Assembly: GCA_040757555.1 (NCBI GenBank)
Contig: JBFLWN010000002.1
Coordinates: 83,116-147,115, forward strand
Length of the DNA stretch: 64,000 bases
Direction of reading: 5' to 3'
Source of the DNA: Patescibacteria group bacterium
Lineage (GTDB): Bacteria > Patescibacteriota > Minisyncoccia > UBA6257 > GWB1-50-10
In this document: positions 19,558 to 30,300 of the stretch, piece after piece
Numbering within the stretch: position 1 is the first letter of the stretch
Layout of the letters: the number at the start of each line of letters is the position of its first letter
Program-made: the position numbers and the translations under genes
The notes under the pieces: model-generated
The model's database searches: none
What the model saw: the letters and a program-made list of their open reading frames with translations, nothing else
What the model was told of the DNA's origin: nothing

Positions 19558-19880
19558 CATAATTATAAAATCTCGCTTTATGCGGGGTTTTATAATTTAT
19601 GATGTGTTGGGAATTGAAGGGAACCACGAGCGCATATGGGATATGAATAAGCGAGTGGTCCCTGGTTTCGAAGGAGGAGTGAAACGACGGGAGAGAAAAA
19701 TTCCCGGCAGCCCGACAACGGAGAGATGAAAGTTCGCACTTGAGTGCGAATTGTCGGAAATTGAAGGGCGGAGCGATGTGTATTCAGCAGAATGCACCGC
19801 GAGCCCGGGCTCGAAACCTTTTTGAGTGACGGCGAAAAAAGAGTTGAGAGAATTCCCCCCATACCGACATAATTATAAAA
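19558..19880 (+). mobile_element. two tandem tRNA-Pro-associated modules (non-coding, putative non-autonomous element)
   Basis: Unit 1: hairpin, inverted T-arm 19606..19618, core, 19-bp direct repeat 19699..19717 = 19541..19559. Unit 2: hairpin, GTCGGAAATTGAA 19753..19765, core, 17-bp repeat 19864..19880 = 19554..19570. Mobility is inferred. Confidence 0.6.
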
Positions 19881-19903
19881 AATCCTGTGACAAACAGGAT
19901 TTT

Positions 19904-20227
19904 TTATTTCATTTTCTCTATCAATCTCATAATCTCACCTCGATGTTTATTAATAATACTTGGGTCTCTAAAGTTTTTTGAAAATTCTACGAGATTGTTT
20001 ACCGCCCCCATAATTGAATCTTTTGTCGGATGATTAAAGTCACCACCAGAATCCGAAAAAGCCTTTTTTACAACTTCTCTGCAGTATAATTTACTTGCTT
20101 CGCTATCGTTTTCCCCGATATTTGCATCGAGACAATGCGCCTCATAAAAACACTGTGAAATCGCATCACGTACCATAAGTGGCGTCACGACCCCATCTAT
20201 GTCAAAACCATAAATAGACTCTCCCAT
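19904..20227 (-). CDS. hypothetical protein
   Basis: 107-aa ORF; TATAAT 6 nt before ATG. Confidence 0.65.
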   Translation of the reverse strand: MGESIYGFDIDGVVTPLMVRDAISQCFYEAHCLDANIGENDSEASKLYCREVVKKAFSDSGGDFNHPTKDSIMGAVNNLVEFSKNFRDPSIINKHRGEIMRLIEKMK

Positions 20228-20239
20228 GTGTTTATTATA

Positions 20240-21148
20240 CTACACGTGTAAATATTTTCTGATTGCTACCACACCAGACACTATCCCCAACCCAACTCCA
20301 AATAATAACTGATAAAGAAAAAGGGAGAAGAAGTTTTCATTGAAATACGTCTTCAAATTTATCTCAGGAATAAAGTTCGAAACATACGGAGAGACAAAAT
20401 TAATGATTGGAATAAATATGAGAAATCCGATAATCGCGGCAATAAACCCATACATAAGTCCCTCGACAACATAGGGACCCCGGATAAAATTATTTGATGC
20501 CCCTACAAGACGCATCACACTGATTTGTTCGCTGTTAGAAAAAATAGCTAATCGGATGGTATTGAATGTGATCATGACTGCAAGAAATGAGAGAAATATA
20601 GTGAGTAATGCCCCTCCATTTTTCACCGTATCAACAAGTGCAACCAAACGATCAATCACCACATGATTCTGTGCATAAGTAACTTTCTCTATAAGATTTT
20701 TGAATACGGGCTTATCCAAATATTCCGCAATGGTGTCATAATGACGCGGATCATTCGCTTTAATATTTATCGATGCGAGAAGTGGATTTTCGTCGAGTTG
20801 TTCAAGAGTCTGGGTAATCACCTCCTCCTCGGCATGCGCTTTTTTAAATTCAGCAAGCGCTTCATCCCGTGAAATATACTGCACCGCCTTCACCTCAACC
20901 AACCCTTCGAGGGATCGTTTTATATTTAAAATTGAATCTTCGGCAACATTACTCTTGAAATACACACTGATATCAATCTTATCTTGTAACGCGCTTACCG
21001 CCCCCTTTGCCATTACATTAAACACAATAAGACCTTCAAACACGATGAGCGCGAGAATCATAATGCCAATTGTGGAAAGCGAAAGCCATCCATTTCTAAA
21101 AAAGTTGCTCACCCCATAACGAATAATTCTTGATATTTTTACCATCAT
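20240..21148 (-). CDS. ftsX: cell division permease FtsX
   Basis: 4-TM layout, NTIRLAIF...EQISVMRLVGASNNFIRGPYVVEG; follows ftsE. Confidence 0.93.
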   Translation of the reverse strand: MMVKISRIIRYGVSNFFRNGWLSLSTIGIMILALIVFEGLIVFNVMAKGAVSALQDKIDISVYFKSNVAEDSILNIKRSLEGLVEVKAVQYISRDEALAEFKKAHAEEEVITQTLEQLDENPLLASINIKANDPRHYDTIAEYLDKPVFKNLIEKVTYAQNHVVIDRLVALVDTVKNGGALLTIFLSFLAVMITFNTIRLAIFSNSEQISVMRLVGASNNFIRGPYVVEGLMYGFIAAIIGFLIFIPIINFVSPYVSNFIPEINLKTYFNENFFSLFLYQLLFGVGLGIVSGVVAIRKYLHV

Positions 21149-21154
21149 ATAAAT

Positions 21155-21838
21155 TTATCCAATAATAAAACGACCATTTGCTTCATCTTTAATAAGACGA
21201 CCCCCATCGACAGTAATGACTCGCTGTCCCAATGTATTTACAATTTCTTTATCATGAGTCGCGAGAATAACCGTGCTCCCCAATTCATTAATCTTCGTAA
21301 GTAATTTTATGACTTCCCATGTATTGAAGGGATCGAGGTTTCCTGTCGGCTCGTCGGCAATAATCACATCGGGGCGGTTAATCATTGCACGCGCAATTGC
21401 CACCCGCTGTTTTTCACCACCGGAAAGTTCTGCGGGAAAATTAAGCATCTTATCCTTAATTCCCACCATTTCCATCACTTGCGGAACAAGTTCATTAATT
21501 TCTTTTTGTGGACGCCCATTCACTTCAAGTGCAAACGCAACATTCTCAAATGCAGTCTTTTTGGGAAGTAAACGGAAATCCTGAAAAATAACACCAATAT
21601 GCCTTCGGAACTCGGGAAGTTCTTTAGATCTCAATTTATTTACCTCATACGAACCAAAAAACACCTGTCCCTTTGTGGGCTTCTCTTCCCCAATTAAAAG
21701 TTTAATAATAGTAGACTTTCCTGCGCCAGAACGCCCCACAATTGAGACAAATTCATTCGGCTGTATTTTAAAACTCACCTTATCGAGAGCAACCATCCCA
21801 TGGCTGTAGGTCTTCGTTACATTTTGAAAAATAATCAT
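21155..21838 (-). CDS. ftsE: cell division ATP-binding protein FtsE
   Basis: [37 protein letters not shown]. Confidence 0.95.
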   Translation of the reverse strand: MIIFQNVTKTYSHGMVALDKVSFKIQPNEFVSIVGRSGAGKSTIIKLLIGEEKPTKGQVFFGSYEVNKLRSKELPEFRRHIGVIFQDFRLLPKKTAFENVAFALEVNGRPQKEINELVPQVMEMVGIKDKMLNFPAELSGGEKQRVAIARAMINRPDVIIADEPTGNLDPFNTWEVIKLLTKINELGSTVILATHDKEIVNTLGQRVITVDGGRLIKDEANGRFIIG

Positions 21839-21877
21839 AGAAAAACTCCTTTGAGGAGAATCTGAATTTATTATACC

Positions 21878-22579
21878 TTATTTCATATTCTCTAACAAAT
21901 CTAAATCCCCATCCAATACCTCTTCTACGCGAGAAATTTTAATCCCCGTCGCATGATTTTTGACTTGTTTATAGGGATGCAACACATATGATCGAATTTC
22001 ATGTCCCCACTCTGGTTTTACCTTCACTTTCAGATTCTCTATGGCGGTTTCGTGTTTTTCTTGCATAAGTGCAATAAGTTTAATCTTCAAAAGTTCCATT
22101 GCCTTATCCCTATTCGCGCTTTGTGAGCGCTCCGATTGCGAAGAAATCACAATTCCAGTCGGTAAATGACTCACCCGCACGGCAGTTTCCACTTTATTTA
22201 CATTTTGCCCACCGGGCCCCGATGAACGGAAAAAATCGGTTTTTATATCTTTCTCGGGAATCTGGATTTTTGAAACTTCCACCTGTGGCAAAATCGGCAA
22301 CACTTCAACAAGTGCAAATGAGGTGTGTCTCAGTTTTTTTGAATCGAACGGAGAAATACGTACCAAACGATGCACCCCCGATTCCCCTTTCAAATATTCA
22401 TACACCCCATCACCCCTCAGAGAAATTGTGATATCATTCACGAATTGTTTTTTCCATCCTTTTTTATCCGCGCATTTTTCATACATCCGAAGAAGCATCT
22501 GTGCCCAATCTTTTGCATCATCTCCCCCTGCCCCCGCGAGCACCGAAAGATACACGCCGTTATAATTTGTTGAATTCAT
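21878..22579 (-). CDS. prfB: peptide chain release factor 2, lacking N-terminal domain
   Basis: AGAGG, GVHRLVRISPF (SPF), GPGGQNVNK (GGQ), WGHEIRSYVLHPY; prfB-ftsE-ftsX order. Confidence 0.85.
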   Translation of the reverse strand: MNSTNYNGVYLSVLAGAGGDDAKDWAQMLLRMYEKCADKKGWKKQFVNDITISLRGDGVYEYLKGESGVHRLVRISPFDSKKLRHTSFALVEVLPILPQVEVSKIQIPEKDIKTDFFRSSGPGGQNVNKVETAVRVSHLPTGIVISSQSERSQSANRDKAMELLKIKLIALMQEKHETAIENLKVKVKPEWGHEIRSYVLHPYKQVKNHATGIKISRVEEVLDGDLDLLENMK

Positions 22580-22608
22580 ACTTTAAAAACTTTATGGACT
22601 TTATAAAC

Positions 22609-24387
22609 TTAAACCACTTCCGCCTGATAACAACTCTCACAATAGACAATCTCTGTTCTATCGGGAGAATAATTTGTTTCAAACCCATTTGGACAAGAAT
22701 CCTTTCCGTGAATATGTGTAGAAGTATTTTGGTATATTCCATTTTCTGATTTCTCACCTCCACACTGACACTTTCGATACCAATGTTTTATCGTATTACG
22801 ACGTTTTAATCTAGTATAATGCCGACAATTGGGACAAAGCCGCGGAAGCGGAATATTCATAAGTTTATAAAATTCAAGTTCTGACCGAATAATTCTAAAT
22901 GCTGTTGTACAATTATCTTTACATTTTCCTTCATGAGCGCACCCAATAACCTCGTCAAGGATACCGTCACCCGCATCTTTCGCATATGCAGGAAGTTCAC
23001 TTGGTTTTCTTGTAATAGAGTAATTCTTTGTATCAACTATGTGCCAATTAAATCCATTTTCCATTGCCTCTTCCATTGTGAATGGTAAATGTTCTTGATC
23101 CGGAGTCTCATTATATCCAAGGGGTGAAAACTCTGCGGGAAAAAATTCTCCATACTTGTAACTCCTTCCTATTTTATCCTTATAAGGTACCCCACTCATC
23201 TGCTGAACCAATTTTTCAACGAGTACCCCATATTCTTCTTTTGAATATTGTTTGTTGAGAATACAGTATTGTTTATTCCGAAGACCAAAACATCCAAAAC
23301 AATCCGAGGTGGAGATGCAGCTCCCACAATATTGAAGATTTTTTACATTCGTCCAACATTGAAAGCAAAATTTAATATTATATGCACCATCACCGATTTG
23401 ACTACTTTCATACACCAATTCATTACCGATAAAAGTGGAAAGATCATAACAATCTTTATTGGGGCCCGCCTGAAGATACTGACAATACTTAATATCTTCG
23501 CCATCTCTTATTAAAAATGAATTTTTTACATTTTTTGATTGATTAATATAATCCCCCGTAACATCTACATTTTTTGTTCCCTCCATAAATTTTACCGGAA
23601 AATTAAGCCAAAAATTTATTGCCTTCATTTTATATTCCTCAAACAGATCATAGGAACCAGAGAAAATTTTTTTTATTTCTTCTCCATATTCTTCTTTTGA
23701 ATATTGTTCGTTAAAAATACAATAACTTTTGTTTCGCATATTTACACACCCAAAACAATCAGAACATCCCCTTAAATTCTTCGAAAAATAAATATCAAAA
23801 CAGTCTTCACAATTTTCTGAATACACCGCCCTATTGCACCGCGTAAGCCAGAATCCTTCATAACAGAGTTCACTGTGAGAAATATGGGAGTTGTCGAAAC
23901 AACTCTTCGAATAGTCGATGCCGTTTGAATATGCAGAATCTTCCGAATAATTCCCGTTAAAACAAAGATAGCAATTTTTAAAGCCGGTACACTGATTCGA
24001 ATAATCACTTGCTACCGGGTTTATTACGCTTTTTGCGCGCCAAGGAACATCATGCCAAAGTTCAAGAATTTGTTGTAAAAAAGGTTTTGTGAAATCAATA
24101 TTTCTTCCATAATCCATTGGATCCCATTTATCAGAATTCCATATATCGAGTTCATACACCTTTATAGGTGCATCCGGAGCACATTGAGAAAAAATCATTT
24201 CCCCAGAAAAATCGCTTTTTCGCTTGTACAGAAAATGCTCATTACGAAATGCAAATCGTCGTTGAAAACGACATATCGGACACCACGTTGGTGGAGGCAC
24301 ATCTATTTTTTTGTAGAAATCAAAATCTTCACTCTCAATAGTGAAGTTATTATGGCAATTCTGACACGTTTTTACCTCCGAACTCAT
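22609..24387 (-). CDS. Cys-rich multi-zinc-ribbon protein, paralogue 3
   Basis: Start corrected to MSSEVKTCQNC at ATG 24387 (TATAAT 6 nt upstream); family motifs present. Confidence 0.85.
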   Translation of the reverse strand: MSSEVKTCQNCHNNFTIESEDFDFYKKIDVPPPTWCPICRFQRRFAFRNEHFLYKRKSDFSGEMIFSQCAPDAPIKVYELDIWNSDKWDPMDYGRNIDFTKPFLQQILELWHDVPWRAKSVINPVASDYSNQCTGFKNCYLCFNGNYSEDSAYSNGIDYSKSCFDNSHISHSELCYEGFWLTRCNRAVYSENCEDCFDIYFSKNLRGCSDCFGCVNMRNKSYCIFNEQYSKEEYGEEIKKIFSGSYDLFEEYKMKAINFWLNFPVKFMEGTKNVDVTGDYINQSKNVKNSFLIRDGEDIKYCQYLQAGPNKDCYDLSTFIGNELVYESSQIGDGAYNIKFCFQCWTNVKNLQYCGSCISTSDCFGCFGLRNKQYCILNKQYSKEEYGVLVEKLVQQMSGVPYKDKIGRSYKYGEFFPAEFSPLGYNETPDQEHLPFTMEEAMENGFNWHIVDTKNYSITRKPSELPAYAKDAGDGILDEVIGCAHEGKCKDNCTTAFRIIRSELEFYKLMNIPLPRLCPNCRHYTRLKRRNTIKHWYRKCQCGGEKSENGIYQNTSTHIHGKDSCPNGFETNYSPDRTEIVYCESCYQAEVV

Positions 24388-24446
24388 ACCAAAATTATAG
24401 TAGAAAACACCATAAAACAAAAATATTTCTTTCAAAATATTTTTAG

Positions 24447-24605
24447 TTGAGCCAATGGTCGGCAATTGAACGTCGCTTTTCAAACTCCCTGACACCTTGC
24501 GGTTTCAGTGCTTCCACCACGGGAAAACTCCCGTTTTCCCGATCCCTTTCCCGTTCAAATCCGACACGCAATAAAAAATACTCTTTTCAGAGTGTTTTTT
24601 ATTAT
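24447..24605 (-). mobile_element. tRNA-Thr-associated module
   Basis: Hairpin 24570..24603; inverted T-arm 24553..24565 (reverse complement of 24616..24628); 16-bp direct repeat 24447..24462 = 24605..24620. Mobility is inferred. Confidence 0.6.
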
Positions 24606-24607
24606 TG

Positions 24608-24680
24608 AGCCAATGGTCGGATTTGAACCGACGACCCACGCTTTACGAAAGCGTTGCTCTACCAACTGAGCTACATTGGC
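24608..24680 (-). tRNA. tRNA-Thr(CGT)
   Basis: GCCAATG...ACGCT-TTCGTAA-AGCGT...GGTTCAAATCC...CATTGGC-T. Confidence 0.93.
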
Positions 24681-24726
24681 GATACACCCTTTTAGTCCCC
24701 GACCGAAATCGTCGGGGAATACAAAG

Positions 24727-24963
24727 TTACTTTATATTTAAAAGAGACGCGATTTTTGATTTATCAAAACCAATGATAATTTTTCCATCGATATCAATGA
24801 CAGGAACTCCAAGCTGACCCGACTTCTTAATCATTTCTTCCTGTGCAGGAATATCAGTCATCACGTTTTTTTCTTCAAACTGAACATTATGTTCGGTAAA
24901 ATATGCCTTTGCCATCTTACAAAACACACATGTGGGGGTTGAATATACAATCACTTTTGCCAT
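24727..24963 (-). CDS. glutaredoxin/NrdH-like redoxin
   Basis: YSTPTCVFC, GQLGVPVIDI, IIGFD. Confidence 0.9.
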   Translation of the reverse strand: MAKVIVYSTPTCVFCKMAKAYFTEHNVQFEEKNVMTDIPAQEEMIKKSGQLGVPVIDIDGKIIIGFDKSKIASLLNIK

Positions 24964-25045
24964 AATAAATTATTTTTAAATACCGTCCGACCTCACCACG
25001 GTATGTACCGAATATATCACACCAAAATTTTTTCGCAATAATGGA

Positions 25046-25480
25046 TTATTTTAATACCATGAGTATCGCACCAATAGTCACAAAAAGCGCACCAATCCCC
25101 GATTTTAACGTGAATTGTTCACCTAAGAAAATAAGGGCAAAAATGAGTACGAATACAACACTCAACCGATCAAGTGCGGCAACTGCAGACGTTGGTCCTG
25201 TTTTTAGGGCAAAGAAATAAAAAAACCACGAAAGTGCCCCGGCAATACCAGAAAGCACAATAAAAAGAAGGGGTTTATTTCCTATAGTGGAAAGAAGACT
25301 CCCCTTTCCAAGTGCAAGCGATACACACACAAGAAAAATAGCCATTACTACCGCACGAACAGAAGTCGCAAGTGTGGTATCAACACTGGTAATTCCAATT
25401 TTTCCCAATATTGCCACCAGCGCAGCAAACACCGCCGAAAGAATTGAAAATAATATCCACAATGGCATAAATTTATTCAT
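25046..25480 (-). CDS. EamA/DMT-family membrane protein (single domain)
   Basis: 5 TMs; SAVFAALVAILGKIG, ALDRLSVVF, FLGE. Confidence 0.85.
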   Translation of the reverse strand: MNKFMPLWILFSILSAVFAALVAILGKIGITSVDTTLATSVRAVVMAIFLVCVSLALGKGSLLSTIGNKPLLFIVLSGIAGALSWFFYFFALKTGPTSAVAALDRLSVVFVLIFALIFLGEQFTLKSGIGALFVTIGAILMVLK

Positions 25481-26030
25481 TTGTGTTAACCTGTTTTTCT
25501 TGTGCTACTCCTTTTGGTTTGTATGGATTCAAGAGAAGATACACAAGATATACAGAAACCCCACCAACAACGAATCCACCGATGATATCGAGTGGCCAAT
25601 GCACTCCCGCAATAATACGGGCACATCCGTTTACGATCGCAAATACAAAAACCCATTTTCCCCATTTTTTATCGAATAACCATAATGCAAACGCAAGTGC
25701 AAAGAAAAATGCAGCATGTCCAGAAGGAAAAGAATGACTACTTTCTTCAAGTAGTGGAACAAATCCAAGTGATTCAAATGGTCTTTGTTTCAAATAAAAA
25801 TATCGAATCACTTCCGTAAGAATTCCTCGGGAAAAGATAAGCGAGAGCACAACAAAGAAAAACATATAAAACCTCTCTTTGAGATTTTTATGGAGTAATA
25901 AAAATATCACAACCGCAATACATACAATATATGCAAGATATTTTGAAAGAAAAACAAAAAGAACGTCGAGGATTCCCGACACTCCTAAAAGTTTATGGAA
26001 AATTCCAAAGAGCGCACCATCAAAAGCCAT
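25473..26030 (-). CDS. PAP2-family phosphatase (undecaprenyl-PP phosphatase-like)
   Basis: RP, SFPSGHA, RIIAGVHWPLDI. Confidence 0.9.
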   Translation of the reverse strand: MAFDGALFGIFHKLLGVSGILDVLFVFLSKYLAYIVCIAVVIFLLLHKNLKERFYMFFFVVLSLIFSRGILTEVIRYFYLKQRPFESLGFVPLLEESSHSFPSGHAAFFFALAFALWLFDKKWGKWVFVFAIVNGCARIIAGVHWPLDIIGGFVVGGVSVYLVYLLLNPYKPKGVAQEKQVNTNE

Positions 26031-26045
26031 AGATATATTGTAATA

Positions 26046-26246
26046 CTATCGACGTACAAATGGGAGCAATCCAGCAATTCTCGCGCGCTTTATTCCGTTT
26101 GCAAGATGACGCTGATGTTTTGCACATACTCCGGTATGTCGAGGATCGATTATTTTTGCCTGGCCAGAAACAAATCGTTTCAAAAGCTCAATGTTACGAT
26201 AATCAATTTCCTTTACGTTTTGTGAACAAAAAAAACATTGTCTCAT
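26046..26246 (-). CDS. rpsR: 30S ribosomal protein S18
   Basis: CFFC, IDYRNIELLKRF, TGVCAKHQR, IKRARIAGLLPF; start corrected. Confidence 0.95.
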   Translation of the reverse strand: MRQCFFCSQNVKEIDYRNIELLKRFVSGQAKIIDPRHTGVCAKHQRHLANGIKRARIAGLLPFVRR

Positions 26247-26333
26247 ATTTTCTAAATTATATATAATTACACAATTCACCACTCCCGTTTTCACTATCCG
26301 AGCGGGAGAAAGGTTTTATTTCAGATAAAACAC

Positions 26334-26795
26334 TTAAAAAGGTATATCCTCTGCTTTTATTTCATCTTCCTCAATATTAATCTCCGGAAGTTCATCCTTC
26401 ATGTGGATACTCTGATCTTCATTATCTGAAGAGTTTCCACGATCAAATCCCCCATGTGATACCCCACTTCCTCGTGGACCAAGTTGCATTCTTTCACAGA
26501 TAATCTCCGTCGTTTTTCGCGCTTGTCCCTGATTATCCTGCCATGAACGCGTTTGTAATCTTCCTTCTATCAACACTGAACCTCCTTTTTTAAGATACTG
26601 GCCGGCAACCTCCGCCTGCTTTCCCCATACCACGACATTATGAAACTCCGCTTTCTGCTGACGTTGTCCAGATTTATCAACATAAAAAGAATTTGTTGCA
26701 ACCCCAAGTGTACATACCGACTGACCCCCTGGTGTTTGCCGAAGCTCTGGATCACGAGTGAGATTACCGAAGATAAAAACTTTATTTAGATTCAT
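26334..26795 (-). CDS. ssb: single-stranded DNA-binding protein
   Basis: NKVFIFGNLTRDPELR, EGRLQTRSW, C-terminal EDIPF. Confidence 0.97.
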   Translation of the reverse strand: MNLNKVFIFGNLTRDPELRQTPGGQSVCTLGVATNSFYVDKSGQRQQKAEFHNVVVWGKQAEVAGQYLKKGGSVLIEGRLQTRSWQDNQGQARKTTEIICERMQLGPRGSGVSHGGFDRGNSSDNEDQSIHMKDELPEINIEEDEIKAEDIPF

Positions 26796-26844
26796 TATTT
26801 GAAAGCATTGAATATTTCGACCCTTTGTTGTTCATCATCTATTG

Positions 26845-27282
26845 TTATTGAAGAATTTCTTCCAGTTTTTCCTGCAATGCTTCATTCGAAAGCACCGCAT
26901 TGAACCCTGTTTTCTGTTTCGGTGCGCTCACCGTTCTCTTTTTTCTCTGTTGAGCTCTTCCTTCTTCGTCCAATCGAGGAGTAGTTTCCTTTATTTCATT
27001 CTGAACCCCTATCAAAAAACGAAGGATGTCGTGCTCAAGTTTTGCAGCATTAGACAACCCACGTACTGATTCAGGGGGAAGCGTACATTTGATTGTACCT
27101 AAAAATCCTTGTGTCTCCTTCTTAATTGGATATGAGAGTCTCAATTTCACAAGAGGATATTCGTTTAATATTACTCCCCCGTGCTTCTCTATAAGCTGGC
27201 GCGCAAGAACACCGTCCTCACTCTTCTGAATGAAGGAAATGTCATATTTTTTTTGTGTCTCAATAGTTGAAATATCTTCCAT
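26845..27282 (-). CDS. rpsF: 30S ribosomal protein S6
   Basis: RLSYPIKK...ILRFLI; rpsF-ssb-rpsR order. Confidence 0.85.
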   Translation of the reverse strand: MEDISTIETQKKYDISFIQKSEDGVLARQLIEKHGGVILNEYPLVKLRLSYPIKKETQGFLGTIKCTLPPESVRGLSNAAKLEHDILRFLIGVQNEIKETTPRLDEEGRAQQRKKRTVSAPKQKTGFNAVLSNEALQEKLEEILQ

Positions 27283-27328
27283 ATAAATTACTTGTACACG
27301 ATATCAGTTATTCCTCGGGCGGTCAAAT

Positions 27329-30300
27329 TTATTCCTTAGGAACCTCAGTTTGTCCGACTATTTCTTTTTCTTCCACTACGGGAGCATAGAGAAGCCTTTT
27401 TGCCTCAAGTATCTCCTCGGGGATACCGCGAAACCCAGTTCCCACAGGAACAAGTTTTCCAATAATAACATTTTCCTTTAATCCACGAAGTTTGTCGGTC
27501 TTTCCTTCTACCGATGCATTTACAAGTACACGACTTGTCTCTTGGAAGGAGGCTGCTGATAAGAAACTATCTGAGGTAAGTGCTACTCGAGTGATACCGA
27601 GAATGCGAACAATTGCTTTCGCGGGTTTTTTCTTTGCGTGTTTTACTTCCCTATTCACGCGGAGAAATCTCTGTTTATCAACCACTTCATCAACGGTGAA
27701 ATCCGTATCTCCACTATCTTTCACTATGACACGAGAAAACATCTGACGCACAATAATTTCAACATATTTATCGTTAATTGATGCACCTTCAGGTACATAA
27801 ATCTTCTGTACTTCGTTTACGATATATCGCTGTGCTTCTTCCAAACCTCTGTAAGAAAGAATTTCGCGGATATCGAGTGGACCCTCTGAAAGTTGTTGTC
27901 CTTTTGTTACCCGGTCGCCAACTTTTACAAACAAATTTATGTTGAGAGGAACCACATATTCGGTTACTCCCGCTTTCAACTTCTTTGATTTTGATGTTGT
28001 CCTCTTTGAATTTTTTATCTCAATTATTTTTGTAAGTCCAACCTCTTTAATAAATTCGACGACTCCATCTTCTTTTGCAAGCATCGCTTTTCCTTTTGGA
28101 GGACGTGCTTCAAAAATTTCTTCGACACGAGGAAGTCCATAGGTAATATCAAACCCTGCAACACCTCCGATGTGGAAGGTTCTCATGGTAAGCTGAGTTC
28201 CCGGTTCTCCGATTGATTGAGCCGCAACCACTCCAACTGCTTCTCCTTGCGCAACCATTTTATTCTTACTCAAATCCAAACCGAAACATGCTGAACAAAT
28301 TCCATCAAACGATTTACACGTGATTGGAGAACGCATTTTTACCGATTCTAATTTTGAATCCTGTATTATTTTTGCGACTTCCTTTGTAATAATTTCCCCC
28401 TCTCGTGCAATCAATTTTCGATCGATGCGAATATCCTGTGCTGTTTTTCTTCCAAAAAGACGTTCACCAAATTTATACCCAAAACTATCTCCTTCGGCGC
28501 GAACCACATCAATTCCATCGGTAGTTCCACAATCGTCTTCTTTAATAATCAAATCTTGAGACACATCAACAAGTCTGCGAGTGAGATATCCCGCTGATGC
28601 CGTTTTCAAAGCGGTATCGGTAGAACCCTTACGTGCACCGTGTGTTGAGATGAAATATTCAAGTACTCCAAGTCCTTCCTTATATGAAGATTTCACGGGA
28701 AGTTCAATCGTCTTTCCGTTTGCGTCGAGCACCAACCCTTTCATACCCATCATTTGAATCGGCTGTGCCCAACTTCCTTTTGATCCGGAATCAAAAATAG
28801 AAAAAATCGGGTTTTCTGATGTCATTCTTTTCGGAATAAGCGGAGCAATCTGTTCTCGAATATTGGTCCATACTTCAACAATTTTTTCTCTTCGCTCATC
28901 TTCGGTCAACAATCCATCTTCATAGTGGGATTCAATAAGCTCAACGCGCTTATTTCCCGCTTGAACCAATTCAGGTTTTTCCGTTGGAATAACCGTGTCG
29001 CTTATTGCCCATGTAATACCGGAATACGTTGCATACCTAAACCCTAAACTCTTTATACTATCAAGGTGTTCCTGTGATTCTTCGATTCCATGTACATCAA
29101 TAATTTCTCCCACAAGCTTTGAAAGTGTTTTCTTTGTAAACATCTCGTTCACAAAACGAAATCCTTCAGGAAGAATATTATTGAAAATCAATCTTCCACA
29201 CGTGGTTTCTATAAGCTGCCCTCTCACAATACATTTAATCTTTGCATTCAAATCAAGATATCCGTGTTCGTGTGCAAGCATTGCCTCATTGAATCCTGAA
29301 AATGTTTTTCCTTCTCCTTTTGCTCCTTCTACGACGCGAGTCAAGAAATACGAACCAAGCACCACATCCTGTGTAGGACGCGTAATAGGTTCTCCATTCG
29401 CGGGTTTCAAAAGATTACTTCCTGCATTCATTAACGTACTTGCTTCATATTGAGCCTCAACCGTAAGCGGAAGATGCACTGCCATTTGGTCTCCGTCGAA
29501 GTCTGCATTAAACGCTTCGCAGACGAGAGGAGGAATTCTGATACAAAGATCTTCAATAAGAAGTGGTTTGAACGCCTGAATACCGAGACGGTGAAGTGTT
29601 GGTGCACGGTTTAAGAGCACTTTTTTATCAGCAATCACCTCTTCAAGTATTCCCCATACTTCCGGTGATCGTTGTTCAATAAAGCGATTTGCCTGCTTGA
29701 TGTTATACGCAAGTTCTCTCTCGATAATTTTATTGATGACAAAATGTCTGAAAAGTTCGAGTGCAAGATTTTTCGGTAATCCGCATTCGTTTAATTTCAA
29801 CTCTGGACCCACCACAATAACGGATCGAGCTGAATAATCGACACGTTTCCCCAAAAGATTTTGTCTGAATCTCCCCTGCTTTCCTTTCAACATGTCCGCG
29901 AGAGATCGAAGCGGTCTTCTTCGCGAAGAAAGAAGTTGCGCTCCCGTACGTGCGGAATTATCAATCAACGCATCAACTGCTTCTTGAAGCATTCTTTTTT
30001 CGTTCGTAATAATAACCTCCGGAGATTTCAACTCGATAAGTTTCTTTAAACGATTATTTCGGTTGATCACGCGTCTATATAAATCGTTCAAGTCTGCGGT
30101 TGCGTATCGTCCTCCCTCGAGAGCCACCATTGGACGCAATTCCGGCGGAAGTACCGGCAATACGGTAAACACCATCCATTCAGGTCGAACTCCTGATTTC
30201 AAAAGAGATTTTATAAGTTGTAGTCTGCGCAATACACGTTTTTCCCTGTTTGCGTCCTTTACCGTCTCAAGTTCGTGCTTTGTCTTCTTCATCAAATCTT

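Noticed and set aside
19590-19862. ORFs 19590..19862, 19597..19797, 24605..24817, 49471..49818 and 49524..49793
   Set aside because: Spurious frames across tRNAs and the non-coding modules.
19541-19880. CRISPR array
   Set aside because: Only 2-3 imperfect repeats, derived from the tRNA end, with ~140-bp structured intervals; no cas genes.
21878-22579. PrfH or ArfB instead of RF2
   Set aside because: Has the RF2-specific SPF and WG..IRSYV motifs and prfB-ftsE-ftsX synteny; no adjacent rtcB.
24388-24495. N-terminal extension of Cys-rich paralogue 3
   Set aside because: Overlaps the tRNA-Thr module; all paralogues start a few residues before CQNC.
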